A DNA stretch of 52,069 nt from Armatimonadota bacterium (lineage in GTDB: Bacteria; Sysuimicrobiota; Sysuimicrobiia; Sysuimicrobiales; Kaftiobacteriaceae): contig JBBIUY010000019.1 in the NCBI GenBank assembly GCA_037440005.1, positions 1 to 52,069 of the forward strand, written 5' to 3'. Shown here piece after piece: positions 7,785 through 17,975 of the stretch. Numbering within the stretch: position 1 is the stretch's first letter; each line of letters opens with the position of its first letter. The notes below the pieces were generated by a model. That model had not been told where the DNA came from and did not search any database. It saw only the letters and a program-made list of their open reading frames with translations. A program made the position numbers and the translations under genes.

Positions 7785-9353
7785 CTAATGGCGGAAGTGG
7801 CGGATCCCGGTGACCACCATGGCGATGCCGTGCTCTGCCGCCGCGGCGATGACCTCCGCGTCGCGCACCGAGCCGCCGGGCTGGATGATCGCCGTCACCC
7901 CGGCCCGGGCGGCGGCGTCCACGCCGTCGCGGAAGGGGAAGAAGCCGTCTGAGGCCAGCACCGCCCCCCGGGCCCGGTCGCCGGCAGCCCGGACCGCGGC
8001 CTCCACCGCTCCCACCCGGCTGGGCTGGCCCGCGCCGATCCCCACGGTGGCGCCCGAGCGCGCCAGGACGATGGCGTTGGACCTGGCCCACTTGCACACC
8101 CGCCACGCAAACCGCAGGTCGGCCACCTCCTCCGCCGAGGGGGCCCGCGGGGTGACGACATGCAGGGCCTGCTCGTCCAGGTCCAGCAGGTCGGGTTCCT
8201 GCACCAGCACCCCGCCGCCGACCGTGCGGATCTCCCATCGCGGAGCCGACGTCGGGCCCGGCACCTGCAGGACCCGCAGGGCGGGCCGGCGGGAGAGGGC
8301 GGCGCGGGCCGCCTCGGTGTAGCCGGGGGCGATGACCGCCTCGGTGAAGATCTCCACCACCGCCTCCGCCGTAGCCCCGTCCACCTCCCGGTTGAGGGCC
8401 ACCACCCCGCCAAACGCCGACACCGGGTCGCCGGCCCGCGCGGCGGCGTAGGCGGCGGCGAGGGTGGGGCCGATGGCCGCCCCGCAGGGCGTGGCGTGCT
8501 TGATGATGGCCGCCGCCGGCTCGGGGAACTCCCCCACCAGGCGCCAGGCGCTGTCCAGGTCCAGCAGGTTGTTGTACGAAAGTTTTTTCCCCTGCAGTTG
8601 CACGGCGGCCGCCAGGGAGCCGGCCGGCGCCGCGGGCAGGGGGTACAAGGCCGCCCGCTGGTGGGGGTTCTCCCCGTAGCGCAGCGGCATCGCCTGCGGG
8701 CAGGTCAGGACGAAGGGCACGGGCAGGGCGTCTGCACCGGACAAAAATCCGGCGATGGCGGCGTCGTAGGCGGCGGTGCGGGCGAACGCCGCTGCGGCCA
8801 GGCGGCGGCGGGTGTCCATGGAGGTCCCGCCGGTCCGGCGCAGCTCGTCCACCAGCGGTGCGTACTGCTCCGGGGCGCAGAGGACCGCCACCCGCTCCCA
8901 GTTCTTCGCCGCCGCCCGCAGCAGCGCCACCCCGCCGACGTCGATGAGGTCGGCGGCCTCCTCCGGGCGCCCGGGCGCGCAAGACTCGAACGGGTACAGG
9001 GAGACCGCCACCAGGTCCACCGGCACCGCGCCCAGCGCCTGTAGCTGCTCCCGGTGGGCGGGCACGTCCCGGGCCAGGATCCCCGCGAACACCGCCGGGT
9101 GCAGCGTCTTGATGCGTCCGTCCAGCAGGTCAGTAAACCCCGTCAGCGTCTGCAGTGGGGTGGCGGCCAGGCCGGCCTGGTGCAGCGTCCGGGCCGTGCC
9201 GCCGGTGGCCAGGATCTGAGCGCCCATCTGGACCAGCGCCCGGGCGAACTCCACCAGACCGGTGGTGTCCGAGACGCTCAGCAGCGCGCGGCGCACCGGC
9301 ACCACCGTGGAAGGCGGCGGATCCGGCACCGGCGCGTCCTGCGGGGATGTCAT
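7785..9353 (-). CDS. purH: Bifunctional AICAR formyltransferase/IMP cyclohydrolase
   Basis: [51 protein letters not shown] overlaps purN TGA. Confidence 0.97.
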   Translation of the reverse strand: MTSPQDAPVPDPPPSTVVPVRRALLSVSDTTGLVEFARALVQMGAQILATGGTARTLHQAGLAATPLQTLTGFTDLLDGRIKTLHPAVFAGILARDVPAHREQLQALGAVPVDLVAVSLYPFESCAPGRPEEAADLIDVGGVALLRAAAKNWERVAVLCAPEQYAPLVDELRRTGGTSMDTRRRLAAAAFARTAAYDAAIAGFLSGADALPVPFVLTCPQAMPLRYGENPHQRAALYPLPAAPAGSLAAAVQLQGKKLSYNNLLDLDSAWRLVGEFPEPAAAIIKHATPCGAAIGPTLAAAYAAARAGDPVSAFGGVVALNREVDGATAEAVVEIFTEAVIAPGYTEAARAALSRRPALRVLQVPGPTSAPRWEIRTVGGGVLVQEPDLLDLDEQALHVVTPRAPSAEEVADLRFAWRVCKWARSNAIVLARSGATVGIGAGQPSRVGAVEAAVRAAGDRARGAVLASDGFFPFRDGVDAAARAGVTAIIQPGGSVRDAEVIAAAAEHGIAMVVTGIRHFRH

Positions 9354-10126
9354 CAGGACCTGCCTCCTTCCCGCACGGCGGCCGCGGGATGCCCCCCGCC
9401 GGCGACCGAGGCGCTCCCAGCGAGCTTTTTGCCGGTTGCCGCCTGGTCCAGCACCACCACCCTCCGTCCCCGCACCGCCAGCCGCCCCAGGGCGTACAGC
9501 CGGATGGCCAGAGGGTACAGGCGGTGTTCCTGCTCCGCCACGCGCGCGGCCAGGGTGTCCACGGTGTCGTGGTCGTGCACGGGGACCGCGGCCTGCAGGA
9601 CGATGGGCCCCCCGTCGGGCGTCTCGTCCACCAGGTGGACCGTGCACCCGGAGATCTTCGCCCCGCTGCGCAGGACCGCCTGGTGGACGCGGTCGCCGTA
9701 CATGCCCGGACCTCCGAACGCCGGCAGCAGCGAGGGGTGGACGTTGAGGATGCGGCCGGCAAAGCGCCGGACGAACTCCGGACCCAGGATGCGCACAAAC
9801 CCCGCCAGGCACACCAGGTCCACCCCCCAGGCGTCCAGCAGGTCCGCCAGCGCGGCATCGTAGACCTGCCGGGAGGGGAAGTCCCCGGGGGCCAGGACCA
9901 GCGCCGGCACGCCGGCAAAGCGCGCCCGCTGCAGGGCGTACGCCTGCGGGCGGCTGCTGACCACCACCACGACCTGCCCGGGCACCTCGCCGGCGCGGCA
10001 GGCGTCCAGGATGGCCTGCAGGTTGCTGCCCCGGCCGGAGACCAGCACGCCCAGACGCAGGGGCAGGCGCGCGCGGGGCTCCGCCGGGCTCCCGGGCGCC
10101 TGCGATGGCGCGCCTTTGTTGTTCAC
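9353..10126 (-). CDS. purN: Phosphoribosylglycinamide formyltransferase
   Basis: VSGRGSNLQA, LNVHPSLLP, GCTVHLV..DGGPI; GTGA overlap with purM. Confidence 0.95.
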   Translation of the reverse strand: MNNKGAPSQAPGSPAEPRARLPLRLGVLVSGRGSNLQAILDACRAGEVPGQVVVVVSSRPQAYALQRARFAGVPALVLAPGDFPSRQVYDAALADLLDAWGVDLVCLAGFVRILGPEFVRRFAGRILNVHPSLLPAFGGPGMYGDRVHQAVLRSGAKISGCTVHLVDETPDGGPIVLQAAVPVHDHDTVDTLAARVAEQEHRLYPLAIRLYALGRLAVRGRRVVVLDQAATGKKLAGSASVAGGGHPAAAVREGGRS

Positions 10127-11148
10127 ACCACATCCACCCCCCGCTCCCCCGCCACCACCTCGCCGATGATCCAGCCGGGCGCGTCCTGGGCCCGGCAGAT
10201 CTCCACTGCCGCCTCCGCGCGGTCGGCCGGCACCACGGCGCAGGCCCCCACCCCCATGTTGAAGGTGGCCCACATCTCCTGCGGCGGGATCCGGCCCGCG
10301 CGGGCCAGGACGTGATACACCGCCGGCACCGGCCAGCTGCCAGAAAACACCCGCGCCCGGCAGCCCGCGGGCAGGATGCGGGACACGTTGGCCGGGAGCC
10401 CGCCGCCGGTGATGTGGGCCGCCCCCCGCAGCCACCCGGTCCGGGCCAGAGCCAGCAGCGCCCGCCGGTAGCTGCGGTGGGGATGCAGCAGCACCTCGCC
10501 CAGCGGCCCGCCCAGGTCCTCCACCACAGTGTCCGGTGTCCACCCGCACCGGTCCAGGACCGCCCGCACCAGGCTGTACCCGTTGGTGTGCAGGCCGCTG
10601 CTGGCCAGACCGATCACCGCGTCGGTGGGCCGGATGGCCGAACCGTCGCACAGGCGCCCGGCCTCGACGACGCCGACCACGCACGCCGCCACGTCCAGGG
10701 CGCCCGGCCGGTACACGCCGGGCATCTGCGCGGTCTCGCCGCCCAGCAGAACCACTCCTTCTTCCCGGCAGGCGGCCGCGGCTCCGGCGATCACCGCGGC
10801 CACCGCGTCCTCGTCCAGATCGCCGCCGGCCACGTAGTCCAGCGCCAGCAGCGGGGTGGCGCCCACCACCGCCACGTCGTTGACCCCGTGCACCACCGCG
10901 TCGCGGCCGGCCACGTCCAGCCGGCCGGCCCGGGCCAGCAGCAGCGCCTTGGTCCCCACCCCGTCCACCGACGCCACCAGCACCAGGTCGGACCCGGCGG
11001 GCAGGCGGTACAGCCCCGCGAAGTGGCCGCCGCCGCCCACCACCGCCGCGGTGTAGGTGCTGCGGATCGCCGCATCCGCCCGGGCCAGGGCGCGGCCCAC
11101 CGCCTCCCGGTCCACGCCGGCGGCGCGGTAGGTCAGGAGGTCACTCAC
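10123..11148 (-). CDS. purM: AIR synthetase
   Basis: TYRAAGVD, DGVGTK, GGETAQMP, SSGLHTNGYSL, HITGGG, TFNMGVG. Confidence 0.97.
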   Translation of the reverse strand: MSDLLTYRAAGVDREAVGRALARADAAIRSTYTAAVVGGGGHFAGLYRLPAGSDLVLVASVDGVGTKALLLARAGRLDVAGRDAVVHGVNDVAVVGATPLLALDYVAGGDLDEDAVAAVIAGAAAACREEGVVLLGGETAQMPGVYRPGALDVAACVVGVVEAGRLCDGSAIRPTDAVIGLASSGLHTNGYSLVRAVLDRCGWTPDTVVEDLGGPLGEVLLHPHRSYRRALLALARTGWLRGAAHITGGGLPANVSRILPAGCRARVFSGSWPVPAVYHVLARAGRIPPQEMWATFNMGVGACAVVPADRAEAAVEICRAQDAPGWIIGEVVAGERGVDVV

Positions 11149-12550
11149 CGGGTGAGCCTCCCGGCTCCAGCGCGTGCCGGCCGGCGGATGCGGGGACGGG
11201 CACCGGCGTGGGGTACCGGCCGTCCAGGCAGGCCATGCACAGGCGGTCGGCGGACAGCTGCAGGGCCTCCACCAGTCCCTGCTGGCTGAGGTAGCCCAGG
11301 CTGTCGGCGCCGATCCGTTCCCGGATCTGCTCCACCGTGAGGGCGGCGGCGACCAGCTGGCCGCGGCCGGTGGTGTCCACCCCGTAGTAGCAGGGGAAGC
11401 GGATGGGCGGCGAGGAGATGCGCACGTGCACCTCCTGTGCCCCCGCCTCCCGCAGCCGGCGGACCAGGGCGCCCGTGGTCGTGCCGCGCACGATGGAGTC
11501 GTCCACCAGGACGACCCGCCGGCCCCGCACCACCTCCCTCAGGGCGGCCAGGGCCGTCCGCACCGCCTCGGCCCGCGCCGGGGGATCGGGCCGGATGAAC
11601 GTCCGGCCGACGTAGCGGTTCTTGACCAGCCCCACCTCCAGCGGGAGGCCCGAGACCTCGGCGTAGCCCAAAGCCGCCGACGTCCCCGAGTCCGGCACGG
11701 GCACCACCACGTCGGCGCGGGCCGGGTGCTCCCGGGCGAGCACGCGGCCCATCTGCTTGCGGGCCAGGTGCACCGTGCGCCCGGCCAGCACCGAGTCGGT
11801 CCGGGCGAAGTAAATGTACTCAAACACGCAGTGGGCCGTCCGGTCCCCCGCCAGGACCTGCCGGCCAGACGGCTCCCCGCCGTCGAGGACGACCAGCTCA
11901 CCGGGGCCCACCTCCCGCACCGCCGCCGCGCCGAGGGCGTCCAGGGCGCAGGACTCCGACGCCACCACCCACGCCGATCCCGTGGTGCCCAGGACCAGGG
12001 GGCGGATGGCGTACGCGTCGCGGAAGGCCAGCACCCGCCCGGCGGCCAGCAGGACCACGGTGAACGCCCCCCGCAGGCGCTCCATCGCCCACGCGGCGGC
12101 GTCCTCGACCGTCGCCGCCGGGGCGCGGGCCACCAGGTGCGCGATCACCTCGCTGTCGGTGGTCCCGGCGCACCGCACGCCGGCGGACTGCAGCCCCTCG
12201 CGCAGCCGGACGGCGTTGACCAGGTGGCCGTTGTGGGCCAGCGCCAGCGGTCCCCAGGGCGAGGGCACCACCAGGGGCTGGGCGTTGGCCAGGACCGCCG
12301 AGCCCATGGTGGAGTACCGCACGTGGCCGATGCCCAGGTGCCCCGGCAGCCGCCGGAGCCGGTCGGGGTCGAACACCGCCGACACCAGTCCCATCCCCCG
12401 GTGGTGCCACAGCCGCACGCCGTCGCTGACGGCGAGGCCGGCGCTTTCCTGGCCCCGGTGCTGCAGCGCCAGCAGACCCGCGTGGACGCGGGCGGCCGCC
12501 CGCTCCCCGACGACGCCTATGACCCCGCACTCCTCGGCCAGTCCGCTCAC
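11141..12550 (-). CDS. purF: Amidophosphoribosyltransferase (Fe-S type, short propeptide)
   Basis: EECGVIG, LQHRGQE, GHVRYST, VDDSIVRGTT; Cys motifs CVFE, PCYYG, LCMAC; GTGA overlap with purL. Confidence 0.97.
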   Translation of the reverse strand: MSGLAEECGVIGVVGERAAARVHAGLLALQHRGQESAGLAVSDGVRLWHHRGMGLVSAVFDPDRLRRLPGHLGIGHVRYSTMGSAVLANAQPLVVPSPWGPLALAHNGHLVNAVRLREGLQSAGVRCAGTTDSEVIAHLVARAPAATVEDAAAWAMERLRGAFTVVLLAAGRVLAFRDAYAIRPLVLGTTGSAWVVASESCALDALGAAAVREVGPGELVVLDGGEPSGRQVLAGDRTAHCVFEYIYFARTDSVLAGRTVHLARKQMGRVLAREHPARADVVVPVPDSGTSAALGYAEVSGLPLEVGLVKNRYVGRTFIRPDPPARAEAVRTALAALREVVRGRRVVLVDDSIVRGTTTGALVRRLREAGAQEVHVRISSPPIRFPCYYGVDTTGRGQLVAAALTVEQIRERIGADSLGYLSQQGLVEALQLSADRLCMACLDGRYPTPVPVPASAGRHALEPGGSPGE

Positions 12551-14748
12551 ACCAGCCCCTCCAGGCTGCGGTAGGCCGCCCGCAGACGGCGCACCGGCAG
12601 GTCCACGGCCCACCCTCGCCGGCCCCGCACGGCCAGCCGGACCCGCCTCCCGCCGGTGCGTCCCAGGACCGTCACCGGCACGCCCCAGGCCTCGGCCAGG
12701 GACGTCAGAGATCGCAGGGCGTTGTCGGGCAGCGAGACGACGACGCGGGAGGGGACCTCCCCGAACAGGGCCGCATCCACCCGGTCGGCGTCGGGCACCA
12801 CCGCGTCCACGCCCACCCCGCCCAGGGCCGCCGACTCGGCCAGGGCGACCGCGAGGCCTCCGTCGCTGCAGTCGTGGGCGCTGTGCAGCCACCCCTGTCG
12901 CACCGCCTCGCGCACCACCGCCAGCACCCGGCGGTGCGCCGCCAGGTCCACGTCCGCCGGTCGGCCGGCGTCGGCGCCCCACACCACGGCCAGGTAGGCG
13001 CTGGCCTCAAGGGTGGGGTGCGCGCGGCCGACCAGGGCGACCACGTCGCCGGGCCGGGAGAATCCAGCCCGGCAGGTCCGGCGGACGTCGGGGAGCCAGC
13101 CCACCATGGTCACCACCGGCGTGGGCAGCACGGGCCCGACCTCCGAGGTGTTGTAGAACGAGACGTTGCCGCCCACCACGGGGATCTCCAGCTGCCGGCA
13201 GGCCGCGGCCAGCCCGGCCACGGCCTGCCGGAACGCCCAGAACACCTCGGGGGTGTGGGGGTCGCCGAAGTTCAGACAGTCGGTGACTCCCAGCGGCTCG
13301 GCGCCCACGCACGCCAGGTTGGCCGCCGCCTCGGCCACCGCGCGTCGGGCGCCCCGGTAGGGGTCGAGGTCGCACAGCCGGCCGTCGCCGTCGCAGGCCA
13401 CGGCCAGGGCCAGGGGCGGCACCTCCCCCAGGCGCAGGACCGCCGCGTCGGCGGCCCCCGGAGGGATCACCGTGCGGATCTGGACGGTGTGGTCGTACTG
13501 GCGGAACACCGGTTCCTTGCTGGCGACGGACGGGTGCGCCAGCAGCGCCAGCAACGCCCGGTCCGGATCCGCCTCCGGGACCGGCGGCACCGTCCACCGC
13601 CGTCGCAGGTCCGCCGGAGGCCGCGCGGCCGGGCGCACCGCCGGCGCCCGGGCCAGCACCGCCGCGGGCAGGGAGGCCACCGTCACGCCCGACGCGCGCA
13701 CCCGCAGCCGGCTGCCCGGCGTCACCCGGCCGACCACCGCGGCAGACAGGCCCCACCGCCGGTACAGGGACACGATGGCGCCGGCGGCCTCCGGCCGCAC
13801 GACCAGCAGCATGCGCTCCTGGGACTCGGACAGCAGGATCTCGTCGGGGGTCATCCCCCCTTCCCGCAGCGGCACGGCGTCCAGGTCCACCTCCATGCCC
13901 ACGCCGCCCCGGTCGGCCATCTCGCTGGCCGCGCAGGTGAGCCCCGCCGCTCCCAGGTCCTGCACGGCGACCACCTGGCCGGTCCGCAGGGCTTCCAGCG
14001 TCGCCTCGATGAGCAGCTTGCCGGCCAGCGGGTCGCCCAGCTGGACGGCCGTCCGGTCCCGGTCATCTCGGGACGGGTCCAGCTCCGCCGACGCGAACGC
14101 CGCCCCGCCGATGCCGTCCCGCCCGGTGCGGGCGCCCGCCAGGACCACCGCGGATCCGGGCTCTGATGCGGCCGACCGGGCGAGCAACTCGCGGCGGGCC
14201 AGGCCCACGCACGCCACGTTGACCAGCGGCGCCCCGCGGTAGCGGGGGTGGGTGGCCAGCTCGCCGGCGACGGTGGGCACGCCGATGCAGTTGGCGTAGG
14301 CGGAGATCCCGGCGACCACCCCGCGGGCCAGCCGGCGCGCCGCGGGGTCGTCCAGGGGGCCAAAGCGCAGCGAGTCCACCAGGGCCACCGGACGGGCCCC
14401 CATGGCCAGGATGTCGCGGACGATGCCGCCGACTCCGGTGGCGGCGCCGTGAAAGGGATCCACGGCGCTGGGGTGGTTGTGGCTTTCCATCTTGAAAGCC
14501 ACGGCCCAGCCGTCCCGGAGGTCCACCACGCCGGCGTTGTCCCCGGGCCCCCGGATGACCCGCGGCCCGTCCGACGGCAGCAGCCTCAGGAGGTGGCGGG
14601 AGCGCCGGTAGCCGCAGTGCTCCGACCACATGGCCGCCGCCATCCGCAGCTCGGTCACCTTCGGCGGCCGGCCCAGTCGTCGGCACAGCTCGCGGTAGTC
14701 GGCGGAGGCCAGCCCCCCGGCGGCCGACATCGCGCGGACGGCGCTCAC
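12547..14748 (-). CDS. purL: FGAM synthase II (small PurL)
   Basis: MWSEHCGY, ESHNHPS, QDLGAAGL, LSESQERM, GGNVSFYN. Confidence 0.97.
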   Translation of the reverse strand: MSAVRAMSAAGGLASADYRELCRRLGRPPKVTELRMAAAMWSEHCGYRRSRHLLRLLPSDGPRVIRGPGDNAGVVDLRDGWAVAFKMESHNHPSAVDPFHGAATGVGGIVRDILAMGARPVALVDSLRFGPLDDPAARRLARGVVAGISAYANCIGVPTVAGELATHPRYRGAPLVNVACVGLARRELLARSAASEPGSAVVLAGARTGRDGIGGAAFASAELDPSRDDRDRTAVQLGDPLAGKLLIEATLEALRTGQVVAVQDLGAAGLTCAASEMADRGGVGMEVDLDAVPLREGGMTPDEILLSESQERMLLVVRPEAAGAIVSLYRRWGLSAAVVGRVTPGSRLRVRASGVTVASLPAAVLARAPAVRPAARPPADLRRRWTVPPVPEADPDRALLALLAHPSVASKEPVFRQYDHTVQIRTVIPPGAADAAVLRLGEVPPLALAVACDGDGRLCDLDPYRGARRAVAEAAANLACVGAEPLGVTDCLNFGDPHTPEVFWAFRQAVAGLAAACRQLEIPVVGGNVSFYNTSEVGPVLPTPVVTMVGWLPDVRRTCRAGFSRPGDVVALVGRAHPTLEASAYLAVVWGADAGRPADVDLAAHRRVLAVVREAVRQGWLHSAHDCSDGGLAVALAESAALGGVGVDAVVPDADRVDAALFGEVPSRVVVSLPDNALRSLTSLAEAWGVPVTVLGRTGGRRVRLAVRGRRGWAVDLPVRRLRAAYRSLEGLV

Positions 14749-15449
14749 CGCCCCCTCCCCCCCGCCGCCAGCCGGCTGCGGGAGTCCAGACGCCGGAGCC
14801 CCTCCAGGAGCGGGACGCCGTCGGCGGACCCCAGCAGGGCGTCGGTGGCCCGCTCGGGGTGCGGCATCATCCCCACCACGTTGCCTGCGGCGTTGCACAC
14901 GCCGGCGATGTGGGCGACCGACCCGTTGGGGTTGGCGGACGGCCGCAGGCGTCCTGAGGCGTCGCAGTAGCGGAAGACGACCTGACGGGGGTCCAGCCCG
15001 GCCGGAGGGATATAACAGCCTTCGCCGTGGGCGACCGGCAGGCGCAGCACCTGGCCGGACCGCAGCGTCCAGGTGACGGGGGTGCGGACGGACTCCACCC
15101 GCACGTAGACGTCCCGGCACACAAACCGCCCGCAGCGGTTGCGGACCATCGCTCCCGGCAGCAACCCGGCCTCCAGCAGGATCTGAAATCCGTTGCAGAT
15201 GCCCAGAACCGCGCCGCCCGCGCGGGCGAACGACCGCACCGCCTCCATCACCGGGCAGCGGGCGGCCACCGCCCCGGCCCGCAGGTAGTCGCCGTAGGAG
15301 AACCCGCCCGGCAGGATCACCGCGTCCAGGCCCCGCAGGTCGCGCTCAGTATGCCAGACCTCCTCCGCCTGCGCGCCCACCTGGCGCAGCGCCTGCAAGC
15401 AGTCCCGGTCGCAGGTGCTGCCGGGGAACACCACCACGCCGACCCTCAC
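14745..15449 (-). CDS. purQ: FGAM synthase I, glutaminase subunit
   Basis: VFPGSTCD, PGGFSYGDYLR, GICNGFQ, MMPHPER. Confidence 0.97.
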   Translation of the reverse strand: MRVGVVVFPGSTCDRDCLQALRQVGAQAEEVWHTERDLRGLDAVILPGGFSYGDYLRAGAVAARCPVMEAVRSFARAGGAVLGICNGFQILLEAGLLPGAMVRNRCGRFVCRDVYVRVESVRTPVTWTLRSGQVLRLPVAHGEGCYIPPAGLDPRQVVFRYCDASGRLRPSANPNGSVAHIAGVCNAAGNVVGMMPHPERATDALLGSADGVPLLEGLRRLDSRSRLAAGGRGR

Positions 15450-15733
15450 CGGCGGTCCCTCCCTTCCGGGACGGCCCGCCGCCGGGGGCGGGCAGGCCGG
15501 GGGTCGTCCACCTCGATCTGCCACCGCTCGATGAGGGGGTTGGCCAGAAACCGCGCGCACATCGCCTCCAGGTCCCGCCGGGGCGTGCCGTCGCGGACGG
15601 CCAGCTCCAGGTAGCGGCCGACCCGCACCTGGGAGACGGTCCGGTAGCCCAGCGCCCGCAGCCCGCCCAGCACCGCCTGACCCTGGGCGTCCAGCACCCC
15701 GGGCTTGAGGGTGACCACCACGCAGACCCTCAC
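15446..15733 (-). CDS. purS: FGAM synthase PurS subunit
   Basis: VTLKPGVLDAQG...LANPLIE. Confidence 0.93.
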   Translation of the reverse strand: MRVCVVVTLKPGVLDAQGQAVLGGLRALGYRTVSQVRVGRYLELAVRDGTPRRDLEAMCARFLANPLIERWQIEVDDPRPARPRRRAVPEGRDRR

Positions 15734-16644
15734 GGCGCCGCCTCACCTCCTCCCCGATCGCCGGTCAGCCGGCGGTAGGTCTCCCAGTACCGCCGCCGGG
15801 TGGCGGCCACCACCTCCGGGGGCAGAGGCGGGGCCGGGGGCTCGCGGTTCCACCCGACGGCGGCGAGGTAGTCGCGCACGTACTGCTTGTCGAAGGGGAC
15901 CAGGGCGACGGGGTAGGACCCCGCGTCCCAGTAGCGGGAGGAGTCGGGGGTCAGGACCTCGTCGATGAGGACCAGCTCCCGCTCGCGCCAGCCGAACTCG
16001 AACTTGGTGTCCGCCAGGATCAGGCCGCACCGGCGGGCGTGGTCGGCGGCCTGCTCGTACAGGCGCAGGCTGACCTCCCGCAGGCGCGCGGCCACCGTCG
16101 GGCCCACCAGGTCGGCCAGGCGCGGGTAGCCGATGTTCTCGTCGTGGCCTGTGGCGGCCTTGGTGGCGGGCGTGAACAGGGGCCGGGGCAGCGGCGCGCC
16201 GTGGCGCAGCCCGGGGGGCAGGGGTTCGTCGGCCACCGTCCCCGACCGCTGGTACTCCTCCCACGCCGAGCCGGTCAGGTACCCGCGCACCACGCACTCC
16301 ACGTCGATGCGCCGGCACCGGTGCACCAGCATCGCCCGCCCGTCCAGCTCCGGGTGGTCCGCCAGCGCGGGCACGGCGGCCACCAGCGCGTCCCAGGAGG
16401 CGGAGACCAGGTGGTGGCTCACCACGCCGCCCAGGCGCGCGCACCAGAACGCCGACAGGGCCGTGAGCACCCGCCCCTTGTCGGGGACGGGCGTGGGCAG
16501 GACGTGGTCGAAGGCCGAGATGCGGTCGGTGGCCACCACCAGCAGGTGGTCGCCGACGTCGTACAGGTCCCGCACCTTCCCGCGCCGGACCAGGGGCAGG
16601 GGCAGCGCGGTCTGCCAGACGGCTGCGGTGTCGGAGACGGTCAT
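15730..16644 (-). CDS. purC: SAICAR synthetase
   Basis: RGKVRDLY, DRISAFD, ECVVRGY, ADTKFEFG, DEVLTPDSSR; ATGA overlap with purB. Confidence 0.97.
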   Translation of the reverse strand: MTVSDTAAVWQTALPLPLVRRGKVRDLYDVGDHLLVVATDRISAFDHVLPTPVPDKGRVLTALSAFWCARLGGVVSHHLVSASWDALVAAVPALADHPELDGRAMLVHRCRRIDVECVVRGYLTGSAWEEYQRSGTVADEPLPPGLRHGAPLPRPLFTPATKAATGHDENIGYPRLADLVGPTVAARLREVSLRLYEQAADHARRCGLILADTKFEFGWRERELVLIDEVLTPDSSRYWDAGSYPVALVPFDKQYVRDYLAAVGWNREPPAPPLPPEVVAATRRRYWETYRRLTGDRGGGEAAP

Positions 16645-17975
16645 CCTCTCCCTCCTCCGGGCGCGGGCCGGGCGGCCGGGGCGGGCTGGCCGGGCCGGCC
16701 GACGCCCACCCGGGCCAGGATCGCGTCCACGTGGCGGAGGTGGGCCTGCAGGTCGAACAGGGCGTCCAGCTCCTGCGGACTGAGATGTCCGCCCGATGCC
16801 AGCGCCTCCCGGAACGGCACCTCTTCCTGCAGGGCCGCCTCCTGGACGATGCGGTAGGCCTCGTCCCGGGACAGCCCGCGGGCGATCAGCGCCAGCAGGA
16901 CCGCGTGGCTGAAGATGCGGCCGCCGGTGCGCTCCAGGTTGGCCCGCATGCGCTCGGGATGCACCCGCAGATGCCGCAGCACGTGGGCGAGGGTGCGCAG
17001 CATGTAGTGGAGGACGGTGGTGGCGCCGGGCAGGGCCACGCGCTCCACCGAGGAGTGGGTGATGTCCCGCTCGCCCCACAGGGCCTGGTCCTCCATCGCC
17101 GCCAGGGCCCACCCCCGCAGCAGCCGCGCCAGCCCGGCGATCCGCTCGCACAGGATCGGGTTGCGCTTGTGGGGCATCGCCGAGGAGCCGGTCTGGCCGG
17201 GGGCGAAGGGCTCCTCCACCTCGCCGATCTCGGTGCGGGCCAGGGTGCGGATCTCGGTGGCGATCTTTTCGGCGGTGCCGCCCAGGATCGCCACCGCCGC
17301 CAGGTAGCAGGCGTGGCGGTCCCGCTGGAGGATCTGGGACGACACCCGGGCGGGGGTCAGCCCCAGCGCCCGGCAGACCTCGACCTCCACCTCGGGGTCC
17401 AGGTGCGCGTAGGTGCCCACCTCGCCGGAGATCTTGCCGACGGCCACCTCGGCGCGGGCCCGCTCCAGCCGGTGAATCCCCCGGCGGACCTCGTCCAGCC
17501 ACAGGGCGGCCTTCAGGCCAAAGGTGGTGGGCTCGGCGTGCATCCCGTGGGTACGCCCGGCCATCACGGTGTACCGGTGGCTGTCGGCCAGGGCGGCCAG
17601 GGCGGCGGCCACCTGATGGGCTTCGGCGACGAGCAGGTCGGCGGCCCGGACCAGCAGGACCGACAGGGCCGTGTCCACCACGTCGGACGACCCCACCCCC
17701 AGGTGCAGCCAGCGGGCGTCGGGGCCGGTCTGCTCGGCCACCGACCGCAGGAAGGCGACCACGTCGTGCTGGGTCTGGGTGCGCTCGATCTCGGCGATGC
17801 GCTCCGGCGTGCCCGCCCGGGCGGTCTGCCGCAGCCGCCGGGCCGCGTCGGCGGGCACCACCCCCCGCCGGGCCTGCGCCTCGCAGACCAGCAGTTCCAC
17901 CTCCAGCCACAGGGCGAACGTGGTCTGCGGCGACCACAGCTGCCGCATCTCGGGGGTGGTGTAGCGGTCGATCAC
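16641..17975 (-). CDS. purB: Adenylosuccinate lyase
   Basis: IDRY, GRTHGMHAEPTTFG, GSSAMPHKRNP. Confidence 0.97.
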   Translation of the reverse strand: MIDRYTTPEMRQLWSPQTTFALWLEVELLVCEAQARRGVVPADAARRLRQTARAGTPERIAEIERTQTQHDVVAFLRSVAEQTGPDARWLHLGVGSSDVVDTALSVLLVRAADLLVAEAHQVAAALAALADSHRYTVMAGRTHGMHAEPTTFGLKAALWLDEVRRGIHRLERARAEVAVGKISGEVGTYAHLDPEVEVEVCRALGLTPARVSSQILQRDRHACYLAAVAILGGTAEKIATEIRTLARTEIGEVEEPFAPGQTGSSAMPHKRNPILCERIAGLARLLRGWALAAMEDQALWGERDITHSSVERVALPGATTVLHYMLRTLAHVLRHLRVHPERMRANLERTGGRIFSHAVLLALIARGLSRDEAYRIVQEAALQEEVPFREALASGGHLSPQELDALFDLQAHLRHVDAILARVGVGRPGQPAPAARPAPGGGRG